Below are positions 24,791-39,654 of a DNA stretch of 64,000 bases, piece after piece. Position numbers and translations under genes: made by a program. How positions within the stretch are numbered: position 1 is the stretch's first letter; each line of letters begins with the position of its first letter. The stretch comes from Eledone cirrhosa (taxonomy: Eukaryota), in assembly GCA_964016885.1 (NCBI GenBank), contig OZ024745.1:119970001-120034000 (forward strand), written 5' to 3'. The notes under the pieces were generated by a model that was not told the DNA's origin, did not search any database, and worked only from the letters and a program-made list of their open reading frames with translations.

Positions 24791-25036
24791 ATATATGTAA
24801 AAATAAGTCACCTCACCGTTCTAACCATAGCTACCCCACCTCTCCACCGCAAATCATTCTATTTAAGTTGTGATCAGCAGCTAGCCGTTGCGTGTATCTG
24901 ATAGTCACTGTGTACCCAAGTTTTACAATTGATCATTGAGTCTATTTGCCTCTAATCTCTGTTGAGTTGGAATTTGTTAAGTGAAAAATGAAAGTTAACT
25001 TAACACATAGCTAGATATTTTGCCGCTCGGCACAAA

Positions 25037-25232
25037 TAATAATTGTTTCTACTTTTGACACAAGGCCTGCAATTACCCCAGTGCATTACTGGTACTTTAT
25101 TTTATCGACCCCCGTAAGGATGAAAGGTAAAGTTAACCTCGTCGGGATTTGAAATCAGACCGTAAAGAGCTGTAACTCTATGCTGCAAAGCATGGCGTCC
25201 GACCCCTGCCGGTACTGCCACTCCACCGCCCT
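25037..25232 (-). mobile_element. SINE family A
   Basis: Full reverse-complement match. Confidence 0.9.
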
Positions 25233-26399
25233 AGATATTTTGCCGCTTCTCACAAACAATCATAACAGTTTGTTTGAAGTTGTAGTTCAGGCAGCTGGAC
25301 TGCACGCGGCCAACTCGTTGCAGCTGCATAAAAGAGTAAGTTCTTCTTGTGCTTTATCACAGACTTACATTCAACATTCACGATTCCGAGAATTATCATT
25401 CAGCCCCTTTATTCGCAGACACACGCGCACACACACACATAAACAAACATACATGCACACATACACATATACGTACATACAGAACGTGTATATATATATA
25501 TATATATATATACAAACATACATACATGTGTATGTGTGTGTGTGCCTGTGCGTGTTTGTGTGGTTCTGTGTATATGTGCATGTGTGTGTTTGTCTGCGTG
25601 TGTTTATATATGTGTGTGTGTGTTTGTGTGCATGTTTGTGTTTGTCTGTGTGTGTATATATGTGTGTGAGTGTGCATGTGTGTGTGTTGGTGTGTATGTG
25701 TATGTTTGTCTATGTGTGTCTATATATATATATGTGTGTGTATATGTGTGTGAGTGTGTGTGTGTGTACGGAGTTACGTTTGCTTGAACAAGTATTAAAT
25801 GACGAATGAATGGCTATCGTTGTTATGATAATGAAATAGAGATAAAATTTGTTCTTAATAGAATCCTTCGAATTACGATACCGTCAGATTTCTGTTGATA
25901 CTATTAATAAAATAGACTATTGATAAAATACTTTATCGACGTTTTACTAATATCAAAATACGTAGCAATAATGAACACATAGTTGCAGCATATGTATATG
26001 AAAGAAATTATAAATATCCCCAGGCTTCAATAATTGTATCAGTTTTAATTCGAACGTCTATGATATTATTATGACTTCCATTGTGATTCCTGTCCATTGC
26101 AAAACCTACGAAGAATCCGTCGAGAATAATACCACTTTTTCTTTAGTAATAGAAATGTTTCATTGATAGTAACTAAAATATAAAACATTTACAATAAAAA
26201 ATGTTATTATTAATTTATTTATTTATTTAATCAATTTAAACGTTTGTTTAGAGCTAGTAAGTGATGACAGACTAGGTGAAGTATCGAGTATTCCTTACAG
26301 ATTGTAATAAAAAAGAACAGGTAACAAAAAGAGGGGAAAACAAATATAAAAAAAATAATAATTTCAGATACTGAATGCCAATTTCAGATACTGAATGCA

Positions 26400-28295
26400 T
26401 ACGAAAACGAAAAACGAAAGGAAAAGAGGAAGCAAGGGAAGCTGTAAAACAGAAGTTTCTATGGTTGAATCTTCCATGTACTTCCATGATTTTATTAATA
26501 TTTAGTAGAGCTTTAACCATATATTGAACTTCCAATCTTGGTACTTTTTGAACGATTGGTTTTAATATGGTCTCTGTCTCAGACTGATAGTTTCTATATT
26601 GGAACAAATAGTGCCAAAGAGTTTCTGGAGAATCACCACAAGAACATGGAGGTGAATCTCTATGACCTGTTCTTGATAGAATGTAGTTCAAACCTATATG
26701 TCCAGTTCAAAGCCAGCATAGTGTTTTTTTTTCTTCTTTGTATTACCCAATGATCGATAAGTTTTGAATGTCGTCAAATCTGGTTGAGAAAGTGAGGGAT
26801 TGAAATGTGTGAGCTTATCTCTGGATTCTTCCCAAAATGTTGCTAAATGATTTTACCTGTATTTAGTGTATATCTATTATTTTCCTTTGCGCTCCCTCTT
26901 TTGCTAATTTGTCAGCTTTCCTATTTCCTCTACTCTCTGTATGGCCGTGTATCCAAATCACGGTTATTTATTTATTATTTGCTGAGAGGTACATATCTAC
27001 TTTTAGCGGAACATTCTTAATATCTCTAACCAAAATCTGTTTTATTGACTGAAGCAATTCTAATTTCGAGAAAATGTTAGTAAATAGAAAGCCATTTTCC
27101 ATGGCAATTCTTTAGCTGAATCTATGGATATGAAATTCACTAACATTCTGCATAAAATACAGTGTAATCCGGATGTAATCTGAAGTTCATATGTCTATAA
27201 TTATTTTTAAAAGACCAAGTAGCTCCACAACCCACTCCCTTGTCTGAATGTCCTCCATCTGTGTAGCAGACCCAGCTGTTAACAGAGATTGACTGTGTGC
27301 TAGTGTTATGGAGTTATTTTGCTTCTTTTGTATTTTTAATATTGCCAGTATCGGTAGAGGGTGGGACGCCATGCTTTGGAGTTACCCTTTATGATCTGAG
27401 TTCAAATTCCTGTCGTGGTTAACTTTGCCTTCCGTCCTTATGGGGTCGATAAAATTAAGTACCAGTAATGCACTGGGATAATTGCTGGCCTTGTTCCAAA
27501 AGTAGAAACATTATTTTAAACTATTTTAATTGTTCTACCCATGGAGGAAGCCAAGTTTCATGCTGTTTTTGTTTGCATTTAAACTGAGCAACGACTTGCG
27601 TTTCCCGGACTCTTCTATCGTGAGTTGGGGTTAACCTGCTTCCAGAAAAATCGCAATCTTGAGAGTAGATCTTAAACATCCCAATATAGTTTCGCCCATT
27701 TACCATACAACAATTGAGCGTTGATCATTCCCTTATTATACAGTCACACGTGGTTGTATGTTAGGTAGTGGAATTTCTTTGAAATCACTTTCATTACATG
27801 CCATGTTAAAGTCATTTTTTCAGTGTGTTTGGAATGAATTTCCCATTTCAAGTCAGACTGTAACCAAATTCTTAATATTTAGATGAATGTTTGTGGTATC
27901 AGTAGTTGGTTCATCAAGTATATTTCATTGAACTGATAATTTATGGGTTCAGGATTATTGAAATGAGCCTGCCCATTCATGTACAGTTGATAGGGTTGTG
28001 CATAATTTGGTTTTGTTGTTGTTGATACTAGATGAAGTATATCAATTAATATCATCTGCAAAACCTGAACTTCTACAATTTTGTTTAGAGGTATAAACTC
28101 GTCTGTTGTTTAATATCGAAAGACAATGGGCGAGACTGGAGGACCCCGTGGGAGACTCTTTAAAAGGTAACTACTTTTGCTTTTCTTGTGTCCAAGAATC
28201 AGACTTGTACTACGATGAGTGAGAAAGCTTTCAACCCAAAGAAATTTGGGGATTTCAACTTGGTGTAGCTTTTTGACTGGAGTGTCATGAACCAC
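26400..28295 (-). mobile_element. Decayed I-group LINE (RT, RNase H and CCHC remnants)
   Basis: Minus strand gives PRGPPVSPIVF and FADD (RT), IWIHGHTESRGNRKADKLAK (RNase H) and CSCGDSPETLWHYLF (C-terminal). A related plus-strand RT piece lies at about 28900-29100. Confidence 0.65.
27341..27514 (+). mobile_element. SINE family A, inserted within a decayed I-group LINE region
   Basis: Matches the consensus. Confidence 0.85.
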
Positions 28296-28519
28296 ATTAA
28301 TTTATCTTGACTCTGTTTTCCTATGATTTTTATCGAAAATATTTGAATGCATCTTCTCTTTTCATGATATTATATATATAAGGAATTTGTAGTTTACTTG
28401 AAGCATTGTATACGGTACAAAGACGTTCGATTTCTGAAAGTCATGACAATGTGGATTTGGACGGAGAATAATCAAATCGTAAGAAACCCGCATTGTTGTG
28501 ATTTTCAAACTACAAATGT

Positions 28520-28561
<42 letters not shown>

Positions 28562-28565
28562 CACA

Positions 28566-28610
<45 letters not shown>

Positions 28611-29289
28611 GTTTTTTCTTGCTTCTCTATCCTTCCTCTCTGCCTTGTTTTATTGACATGTTTACCCACCTTCCAACGCAAATATTGCTATAATATATCA
28701 ATATAATTTAATTGCTCTTCCCAAAGTTTCCTCACGCTGTAGTGTTCCAAGAAGCTAGACAAACAATGAGGTGTATAAATACAACCTATTAAGGGTACTT
28801 TCTATGTATGTTATGTAATCCTTTGCAATAAACACACTATAATTAAACTTAAGGTGTTTTGTATTATATTAGACTTATTCTATACCGGTCATTGATTATT
28901 GTAAAAATCATAAAAGTTCTCCCACAGGGTCGGCCAGTCTTACCCCCTGTCTTTCTATATTTCACAGCAGACGTGTTTACATCCCTAAATAAAATTGTAG
29001 AAGTATCAGGTATTGCAGATGATATCAATTTATATACTTTGGATGGTCGACTTTATATTTGCTCGGATCACTCTTTAAAATGCTGTCGCAAATTGTCACC
29101 TTAAAACTATGTAAAGATGCATGTGAAATTATAGTTAAATAATTTTCTGTCGTGAATTTAAGGTGGTAATGTTACGTTTCAATTTATTACAATATTTAAG
29201 TTTATTAGTAAGTCATTTTAGGATTTTATGTGCGTCGTTTTTTTTAAACGTAAATAGGTTTATTTACAATAGTTTATAACTTTGCCTAT

Positions 29290-29556
29290 TAATCCGTATG
29301 GTGAGCAAATGGGGTCCCACGTCCTGGCATCCACACAGCGCCGGCGGACAGGGTGGAGAAGGCGTTTTCCCGGAGGATGGTAAAGGAGATGCGTTGGAAG
29401 AGCCATTCCAACTCGCGAGGCTCACACCTGCGGCTGGCCAGCTCAGCGCTTATGGTGGTGAATAGATAGGTAGCCCTCGGGCCAAGGACGCCAGAAGTCT
29501 CCACTGCCAAGGGCACGACGGCGAACCTGTCGGAGAGCTACCGGTACTTGGAGATG
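29290..29556 (-). mobile_element. CRE-like LINE fragment
   Basis: PLAVETSGVLGPRA..WLFQRISFTILRENA. Confidence 0.72.
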
Positions 29557-29559
29557 ACT

Positions 29560-30800
29560 TCTTTAACATTTCAAGGCGATGTGCAAAGAAACGAAAACGT
29601 TCAAATGAAGAGAGCAGCAAAAGATTATCCAGGAGATATCGGGTGAAAGTTCTGGTATTATGAAATATGTTGATAAACCATTATGCAGCGATGTTCCGAA
29701 CTAAGAAGGACCTACTTCGTCACACTGTTCATTGTTAACTTCATGATAAAAAAAGTAAGTCAGAAAAACAAAAACACGTTTTTCAAGAGATTAGTAACAA
29801 CAAAAATAGAAAGGCAGTGAAAGGCTTTGATGAAAAGATAGTTCAAATATTGTTACTGCTAGCTTTGGAATATCAAAGGTTATTTCTCAGCATGTTAAAA
29901 ATAATGGCTATAATATGTTCCCTTCTTTAAATAGTTTTCCAGATAAAGAAAAAACAATCATTCGGTGCATTAGTAAATTGCCAATGGGGAGAAATGGTAA
30001 ACAATAGAATGTTAAAAATATAAAACAGACATATCAGATGTTACGATATTGGTTCGAGTAAAGTCATTTCCATTTGTTTAGATGGGAATATGATGTTACA
30101 TAATCTGCTAGGCGAGCCGTTATTACTTGGTGTGTCGTGTGATGAAATGTGTGAAGAAACCGTTAATTGCTATCTTACCTGAACATACTACTGGTTTATA
30201 TGAGTCAGTAGTAAAGTAATGATCTAATCAACAGATGTTTTGGTAACTAATATTATTCCTAATATGAATGCTATAGGAAAAGATTCTGTCAACGTTTTTG
30301 CAAAATATTTCGGTCATCTTTTAGTAGCATTTCTTTGTATTTCTTTGTATAATATTTGGAAATGTTTCTAGTTGAAAATAATTTCTTAAGCACCCTGAAT
30401 ATGTGAATAAAATCAAAACCAAATAAGTTAGTTGTATACTTGTGTTTCTTTTGAAAAAAGAGAGTTTCAGTTTTTATTGAGCATAGAGAAATTGGTGTAC
30501 ACAAGGCTTCATATGTACAATAAAACCAGCTGTATTGTTTGAGGTTGTCTCTTTAAATCATTTGAGTATTTGAATAAAATTCAAATGTTTTGAAACTGTG
30601 AAAATTATGTAGACCAATGATTGTCTACGAATTTCCTATCACTTTTAAATGATTTCGATACCAACTAACATGGAACTTGCAAAACATAAGAAAACATATT
30701 TAATATCAAGCTAAAGTATTTCCAATGAGATGTCGACAACACTAGTTGTAAAATGTTTTTCAAATTCCAAAACAACATGACTGATGTTCAAATTCTTTAA
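29560..30800 (+). pseudogene. Possible heavily decayed hAT-like DNA transposase remnant
   Basis: Only weak remnants (KDYPGD near the start, GVSCDE later). No open frame. Confidence 0.22.
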
Positions 30801-30814
30801 TCAAGTAAGATTAG

Positions 30815-31028
30815 TTTCGGATTTAGGCCCAAGGCCAACAATTTAGGGAATGGGAAAATCGATTAAGTCGACACCAATCGATTACGTGTACTTTATGTTA
30901 TCGACCTCGTAAGGATGAAATGCAAAGTTAACTTCGGCAAGATCTAAAATCAGATCGTAGAAGGTCGTAACTCTACGTCATAAAGCACGTTGTCCGACAA
31001 TCCGCCGATACTATCAATCTACCGCCCT
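30815..31028 (-). mobile_element. SINE family A, diverged long variant
   Basis: Reverse complement, includes the TCGATTAAGTCGA insert. Confidence 0.75.
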
Positions 31029-31290
31029 GAATAAACTAACGTTGAAATTGTTTAAATATAATCAAGTGCATCACTGAATCAGTTTCTAGAAACTTTATTA
31101 CGTTATTATCATCTGAAACAACAGCAAAGTTCATTACAATTGACGACAGTGTAACGTTAGGGAACATAAATCTAGAAGTGATGATGTCGATTGATTTAAT
31201 ATGCAATTGAACTCTTTAACACGCGGCTCAATTAGAAGGTATAATCGTGTAGACTCCAGTATTGAACTAGAAAATATCTAACATTATTTT

Positions 31291-31478
31291 TGGATTGGCA
31301 GTATCGGTAGAAGGTCGGACGCCATGCTTTGCAGCAAAGAGTTACGGGCCTTTATGATCTGAGTTCAAATCACGCCGAGGTTAACTTTGCTTTTCATCCT
31401 TACGGGGTCGATAAAATAAAGTACCAGTAATGTACTGGATAATTGCTGGCCTTGTCCCAACAGTAGAAACAATTATTC
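31291..31478 (+). mobile_element. SINE family A
   Basis: Matches the consensus. Confidence 0.9.
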
Positions 31479-31799
31479 ATTGAACATGTCTGATAATATC
31501 TGTCTGTATGTCTCACTGTCTGTATTACGACATTATGACGCCGCGTGTGTATGTGTATATATGTTTATATATATAGTGTGTGTATATATATATATATAGT
31601 GTGTAACGTTTTTCGGAATATTTACTTCTGCGTTCACACATTGATTTGTTTAGTTTCAGAAGATCCCGTTAAGGGTGAAAGCAGCGATTCTTTTCTTAAA
31701 ATTTAATCTGTTATTTTAATATATATATATAATTATATATTCATATACAGATATTTTTGCACACACAATAACAAAATATAAACAAACGTATTCATTTCA

Positions 31800-31870
31800 C
31801 GAGGCTCGATAAGGATAAATATATATCAAATATATAAGAACCCTAGAGCAATGCCGGGCCATTCTGCTAG
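31800..31870 (+). mobile_element. Helitron-like 3' end
   Basis: CCC..GAGCAATGCCGGG..CTAG|T. An inverted partial copy lies at about 15234-15282. Confidence 0.5.
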
Positions 31871-31874
31871 TATA

Positions 31875-34800
31875 TAACTAAAATAGAAAAAAAGATTGCT
31901 GACCTACGAAAGGCCATAGGATATGTTATGTGACAATGCTCCTTACATCCAAACAAACACAAAAAAACTTCACTCCTCACCAACAAAGAGTGAAACATAA
32001 AATAGAGACGATGTTTGGTAACAGTAGAACCATAACTCTTCAATATAAGCTGATCACCCTCAAACAAGAATTGAGAGCTGTTAGCGAAACACGCCGATAC
32101 CCGAAGAAGACAGATGAAAGAAAAGTGCTTAATAAAAGATTCAGACGAAACCAAACATCAGTCTATAGAGCAAAATAATAGGTCAGACTGAGGCCCCATC
32201 CCAGAAAGGCATAGATTCCTTTTGGAGAGAAATATGGGGTGAAAAGAAGAATTTCAACCAAGATGCAGTGTGGCTAAAAGACATCCAAAAGAATTATTGC
32301 TCCTACGCTACAACAAAAACATACGAAATAAGTGAGGGTACCCTTGAGACTGTGATAGGAAAACGCTAAGATAAGAAAACACCAAGAAGAGACATGATTG
32401 TCGGCTACTGGTACAAATAACTGATATTCTATCGGAGGTATCTTACCGACCTCTACCAACAAGTTCTTAAGGGAGATACAGTTATACCAGAATGTCTGAC
32501 ATTAGCACAAACATTACTGGTCCCCAAGAACAAAGACACCCACCTGGCAAAAAAACTACCGACCCATTGCATGCCAGAGCCTGATGTATAAGATGGATAC
32601 GGCCTGGCTGAACCTATTCCTCCAAGGTCACTGTGAAAATAATAACATCATCACAGATGAACAGGCAGCTCGAAAGAAAGGGGTTTGGGGATGTGCTGAA
32701 CAACTCCTAATCAACAAAACTGCGGTGTCGGAGGTGCGACAACTTAGGAGGAATATGACTACAGTCTGGCTGGATAACAGGAAAGCTTTCGATTCTGTTT
32801 CCCACTCTTGGATGATAGAGACATGCTAAATCCCAGACATTATTATCAGAGCCATAGGGCAGTGGATTGGCAGTATCAGCAGAGGGTAGGACGCCAAGCA
32901 TAGAGTTACGTCCCTTGCCATTCTGAGTTCAAATCCCGCCGAGGTTAACGTTGCCTTTCATCCTCGATAAAATAAAGTACCGGTAATGCACTGGATAATT
33001 GCTGGCCTTGTGCCAAAAGTAGAAACAATTAATTAGAAAAAACTAGAAAATCAGTGTCTTTTAGATTTACTTATTTGGGACTCTATTTTCACTGATAAAA
33101 TAAAATATCGCAGTGGTATATTTCAGAGAGACAGTCTGTCTGTGATATTATTCATTCGGTCATTAAACCCCTTGTCCTTTCTGCTCAAGAAGTGTGAAGG
33201 ATACATCATTGGCTCACAGGAAGAAAGAAATACGAACCTAAACCATAATTTCTTTGTAGATGATCTGAAACTCTATGCCAAGAACATTGATGGGATGAAA
33301 AAAAATCTTGACCTGGTTACAACGTTCTCAAGGGATATAGGAATGGAGTTTGGCCAAGATAAATGCTCATATATGACTGTAAATGGGGGAAAAACAACAA
33401 CCCAATCTAGCAACATTGTCATCAATGGCCTAACTGTTTCACCAATATCTGATGAGGACTGCTACCTGGGGATAGATGATAACATATCCTATAATGGTAT
33501 ATGTAATAAGAACGCATAACCAGGTAATTCTACACCCGATTAAGAAAGATATGGTCGTCGGAGCTCTCTGCGAAAGACAAAACAGTGGCTCACAATGTGT
33601 TTGCTGTGCCTGTCCTAACACCAACGTTTGGAATACTCAATTGGACGATAGACGAAATCCGAGCAGTTGATGTTAGAACTCGAAAAATACTAAACAACAC
33701 CGGAAACTTCCACATCAACAGTGACATAGACCGCCTTTACTTGAAACGTAAGCAGAGAGGCAGAGGCCTAACATCAGTCCAGACAGCATTTGAATGTCAC
33801 ATCATATCTCTCCGACAACATCTACGAACCTCGAAGCGTAGGAGCCCGTCTCTCTAGAAAGTCTATATGCATGAGACTATAAGATCATGAGAGTTGGGAA
33901 GGAACTCTTCGAGAGATATTCCCTGTGCGATAATCAAAAACTCACACCCAAGGATGTCGCTCAGCAGTATGGCAATGAATCCATGGAGGAAAAACTGCAT
34001 GCTTATCAGCAAAAAATCATGCATGGATATGTTAGCAGGAAGCTCCAGAGTGAGAGTAATATAGATAAAGAAAGTAGTTTATCTTGGACCAACACCCGCT
34101 ATATTGGCTCCCACTTTGAAGGATACGCTCTTGCAATCCAAGAACAGGAAATCAATACGAAATACCTGATTCACAAAAGAGATAGGGATGCAGGCAAAAC
34201 ACCTAGATGTGATAACAAGTGCAGACTCTGCAGATTTAACATCGAGGATATCACCCATGACATCAGCAGCTGTCCAAAGATGTCATCAGCAGCTGTCCAA
34301 AGATGTCATCGCGGTACTATCTACCTATGAGGCATGATGTAGTGGCCAAAACACTGTACAATGCAATCCGTAGAAAAGATAGCCCCGATAATAAACAGAT
34401 TAAAAGCTACAACAATGTGGAAGACATCCACGTACATAATATGAAAGAGTACTAGTGGAACGTTCCAATGAAAACCGCAATAAAATGTAAGCATAACAGA
34501 TCAGATATTATGATATGGGACAGGGAAAAGAAGGCATGCAGAGCAGTGGAAGTTAGCTGCACAGCAGATGCCAATATGATATCAAAGATTAGCAAAAAGG
34601 AGAATATTTATGCAGAACTGATGAGAAATCTGCAGATACACCACCTTGATTATACCTTCAGATTTATGCCTGTGATTATTGGCGCACTGGAATATGCTAG
34701 TAACTGCCTCAATACAAATCTTGAGAAGCTGGTCTTCACAGGAACAGAAAGAACACAACTAGTTAGGAAATTACAAGTTCAATCCATTAATGGAACAGTA

Positions 34801-35058
34801 AAGGTATGTAAAACTTTGCAAAAGATTTGCATCTAATAACTGCATATACATATGTACAGATACTAAGCACATGCACACATACAACTCAAAACATACACAG
34901 GCACACATACAATAACATCCATATCTACACATGCATGCAGACATGCATACATATCTCCCTAGTTGATGTTGTAAATTCCAATGTGAGAGTCTGGTGTCTA
35001 TGTTAGAAACCGACTCTCTTTCTATTAGCAACAATTTGTGAAATTATAAAACCAGAAC
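31875..35058 (+). mobile_element. R4/Dong-clade (RLE) non-LTR retrotransposon, decayed, followed by (ACAT)n
   Basis: RT motifs (GCAEQLLINK, WLDNRKAFDSVSH, FFVDDLKLYA), CCHC (CRLC..DITHDISSC, RHDVVAK) and RLE (HNRSDIMIWD..VEVSC). Many stops and frameshifts. Confidence 0.85.
32857..33032 (+). mobile_element. SINE family A nested in an R4/Dong-like LINE
   Basis: Matches the consensus and interrupts the RT coding region. Confidence 0.9.
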
Positions 35059-36093
35059 ATACATACATACATACATACATACATACATACATACATACAT
35101 ACATACATACATACATACATACATACATACATACATACATACATACATACATACATACATACGTCTTTTTGTGTGTGTTTGTGTTTTGCAAACTCACAAA
35201 CAAAAATATTTCAATTATTAATGTTTAATGAATAATATTTATCCGAATTTAATTTCAAAAGCTTTGTCCATTTAATTCTGGCAAATATTTTCTTGATACA
35301 CCTGTATTCAGAGTGAACAAATATTCGATAATTCGCTAGCTCTAATGCGAAAAGATCGCACTGATATATTTCGAATATTCCTTAATTCAAAGCTATTTCA
35401 AATATCGATTTACTAATTCTAATTGAGTTGTGATTTAATTCCTGGAAACCTAGGGCTTATACAAACCATTTGCCAAATCATCAGAGCGTGATATTCTTTA
35501 ACATTGGAATACCTAATAGAACATATTGGCTATGCTCTAAAAGGAAGCGTTGGAGATTATCTCTAAGGTTCAAAAGCAACGAACCGATAATTTAAACTAA
35601 AGGGAATAACGTCTTGATAAGTGGATGTATTCGGTGAAGGCGAATAAGAATTGAATGCAGTAAAAATATGTTGGATATCTGTTTGTTTCTAATTGTTTAT
35701 AGAATTTTAATTCATTTTAATTTGATAAATTCCAGTTATCTAGGGCTTGTAGGAAATGTAGTAAATAAATATGAAATTATGAAATGAATACGTAGTTTAC
35801 ACCTCCGTAATCAAATATCGTATCTTTCACCAAAACTACGACTACCACAATACATATCCTCCTCCTACTGGCCCCTGTCGGTATTATCATCATTCATCAT
35901 CATTAACACTGCCGCCGCGATCCTCATGTTCAATACCATGGGTTTCATTACCTGTGCCAGCATCACTATCTTCCTTTAATCTCTGCTTAACAAAATGAAG
36001 TTATCTTACTCTAGCATTTCCCTGATAATATCTTTTCTTGTTAGCCAGCATCTCCCCTCTTGTACAAAACACGCGCTCCTACATATACATACA

Positions 36094-36165
<72 letters not shown>

Positions 36166-36185
36166 ACTTAGATGGCGTGCCTTCC

Positions 36186-36235
<50 letters not shown>

Positions 36236-37091
36236 TGTATATATCTGTGCGTGAGTGTGATGTATGTGCATCTTTATACATGAATTCAACTGCATTCGTT
36301 AAATGCACAGATTACACTGCCTGTTAATCGTCGTATTATCTGTGCCACTCTATGTTAGTGCACTCGGTCTTCTTTAAAACCAAATATAGGGAGGTTTTAG
36401 TAATTAGGACGAGGATCCGTGTTACTCAACAAAGGCCAATAATAATGGTTGTTGATTTCTTCCTGAAACCTTCAGTGTATAGTTATTTTTCAGAGTTTAT
36501 AAACGGATTTATAGAATCCGAGCTAATACAGCCATACTCGGCAGAAATATACCACGACAATTGTTGCAGTTCCGGTGATGTCCGTTATGTTTATAATTGG
36601 TTGTTATTTTAGTGTCTTTGAAGCCCTGGAGAATACTCATCCAGATGAACATTAATGCAAGTGATGTACATTAACAGCTAAAAAAGCAATCTCCAAAATA
36701 TGTTGCAATGGAAAAACGTCTTCACCAGTGCCTTTGCCATTCTTGAGTCATTGCAATGTATGTATAGTGGTTTTAATATCATGATTCCTTGGTTCAACAT
36801 TGCGGTGTTCCAAGTGAGATGTTACTATCTCCTTTTTAAAGTCAGAGCATATCTCAACAAGTGGTTTATTTTGTCGACTTTAACAAACATGTTAGACCTA
36901 TTATTTGTGTGTGTATTTGCAGGAGGGACTAACAATAATAGCTATTCTTATTGATTTATTAGGATACAGAGGAGTATGCATGGGCACATAACTCCCAAGA
37001 GAGTCGTAGAGATTTGGTTGAAAACACGACCACATAATTCGGAGTAGGATATTCTATATTTCTTTGATTACAATATTCGTTATATATATGA

Positions 37092-37212
37092 AGGCGCATG
37101 GTTTAGTGGTTGTGAGTTCGATTCTTGGACCTGGTTTTGTGTTGTGTCCTTGAGCAAGAAACTTTATTTCACGTTGCTCCAGTTTGCTCAGCTGTAGAAA
37201 TGAGTTGCGATC
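37092..37212 (+). mobile_element. Second tRNA-derived SINE family (decayed)
   Basis: GGCGCATGGTTTAGTGG (A box), GAGTTCGATTC (B box) and GTGTCCTTGAGCAAG core, distinct from family A. Confidence 0.6.
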
Positions 37213-38109
37213 CTGCCAAATCAATGGGTGGCAGTAGTTCCAGCTGCTCGCATCGAAAGACTGGTGTAGTGGTTCTGAGAACAATGCAGCTTTGCAGATG
37301 ATCAATGAAAATTGACAATGAAAAGGTGTTCCCGCTCGAATTAGAAGAGAGATATTGACCTTCAGGAGAAGCAGCGACCCTTAATTGTATTCAGGGGAAG
37401 CAGCGACCGTTGATTGTATTCAACAACCGAAACAAATATGAAGTACACCAAATGCAACGCTCCTAGGGGCACACCTGGTTCTTCTTATTTGCGAGTGTGA
37501 ATTCGGCCAGATTAGATTAGAATATATTCTTTAATTTATGGTTATCTGTATTTATTCTATATAGCAACTTGAGAGGCATATAATCGTTCGTTATAATTTT
37601 CTAAAGGGGCCAATTCCTGACTATGTGTGTGACAATGGTGTGTATGACTTAGTATAGAAAAACAGAATTCGCAACTAACATCGTTGGAAGACTGAGTTTA
37701 TTTTTTCCAACTGGTGCTATCCTCTGTCCTAACATGTACACCGCCGAACGTGGTGTGTGTATGTTCAGCATTTATGATCGTGCATAATTATGAATAAACG
37801 AATAGGCTTTCTGTAGATCCATCCACAATATTCCATTCACAACGTATTGGATAACCTGAGGCTAGGATAGAAATACTTCCCAAAAATGTCGAATATTGAT
37901 ATCGAATGCAAAAGGACATAATTGTGGAGCGAACCTTTTAACTAAATAACATCTCTCTCCGGTATGTATTACATGGTCGTCTCGCAAATATAATATTAAA
38001 CAATGTATTAATTAACATTTTGAGAATCAAACTACTTGAACAAGAATGTTTCTGTATTTTAATCAAAGCGGTAACATTGATATTGCGAACGTACTCGGCA
38101 ATGTATATA

Positions 38110-38328
38110 TAATGGTTTCTTATATAGGCACAAGGCCAGCAATTCCGGGGGAGGGGTAAGTCATTAAATCGACCCCATTTCGCGACTGGTACTTTATTTT
38201 ATCTACCCTGTAAGGATGAAAGGCAAAGTTAATCTCGGCGGGATTTGAACTCAGATCATAAAGAGCCGTAACTCTATGCTGCAAAGCATTGCGTCTGACT
38301 CTCTACCGATATTGTCAATCCACCGCTC
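38110..38328 (-). mobile_element. SINE family A, long variant
   Basis: Reverse complement with the extra GGGGTCGATTTAAT..CCCCTCCCCC segment. Confidence 0.88.
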
Positions 38329-39383
38329 TAGGCACTGTATATATAATGTTATTGTTTAGTATGTCTTCGCACTCTACATTGCGGTATTTAGTCACTTCCA
38401 TCAAAGTTCTGAGTTCAAATCTCGTCAAGCTCAACTCTATCAGCCACATGAAGTAGAATCATAAAATAAGTCACAGATATTAATCAAATATACTCCCCCT
38501 AAAATATGTTTTGCTCTTATGCCCTTGTTAAAAACCACGTTATCTCATTTATTTTTATTACATATTTTATCCCCCCGACAAACATAATCCAGAATAGTCA
38601 CCTTACACAATTGTTACAAAAAGCATTTGAGATATGTTATATGTCAAGCAGCTCGCTACCTGATAACAGTAAACTTGATTCATGAATTGTAGACCTTCCT
38701 AAACCTTTGCAAAAACGAAACGAGAAAATATAATATCGCCGAAGAAACTTAAGTATAAGGAAAATGACACCTTGAGGGAAAAGAAAGTTTTCAAAAAATT
38801 GCAAATGAACACAGTATGATAAATGATACAAATTGCAAATATCTTTCTTCTTTACTTTTGAATTTTTCTAACCTTGAAAATGGCTAAAATAAAACGGGAA
38901 AGACAAGTGACTAGTTGAACAATAAAAAAGATATATATAATTGCATTTTTATTTGGTGTTCACTTGGTTGTTATTTATAAACGATTTTATGTAGCTTATT
39001 CATTTACACATTCCATATTGTATTTTTACCTTTTCTTTGCTTCTTTGTTTTTTTTTTTATAGGATTTGTTTCATTTTATACTCAGGAAGTTAAAATAAAT
39101 AACAAACCTATTTCTATGACATAATCTGATGAAGTCAAATCAATTTTATTAGTTACAGACAAAATGTTTAACTAAATATATCATATTAACAAAGAATTTA
39201 GCACATAACACAGAGCCATATCAAGCTTGTATGTGTATGTGTGTGAAAGAGATGGGCTGTGTGCGTGTGTGGTAGTGATATAGTGAGAATAGGAGGAATA
39301 GAAACACAAAAGATCTCAGCCATCTTCTTCAATATCCGTAGCATCATGTTTTCCGACAGTTTCCACAATAAATGTTCACGTCA

Positions 39384-39429
<46 letters not shown>

Positions 39430-39654
39430 AATTTTCTTACATTTTACTTCTTTCTAAGAGAAATAAAACACCTCTAGATTTCTTTCTAACACAAAACAAC
39501 ACATTCTTCTCGGTTCCATGAAAAGCATCTTTCTGTAATGTTTCATTTCCAAACTTCCTTCTTTCTGGCATCAATGTCTTTCTCCTTATTTATATCTTCT
39601 ATATATCTTCCATCTGTATCAATCTTTCTAGATCTTTATTATTTTAAGTAGATA

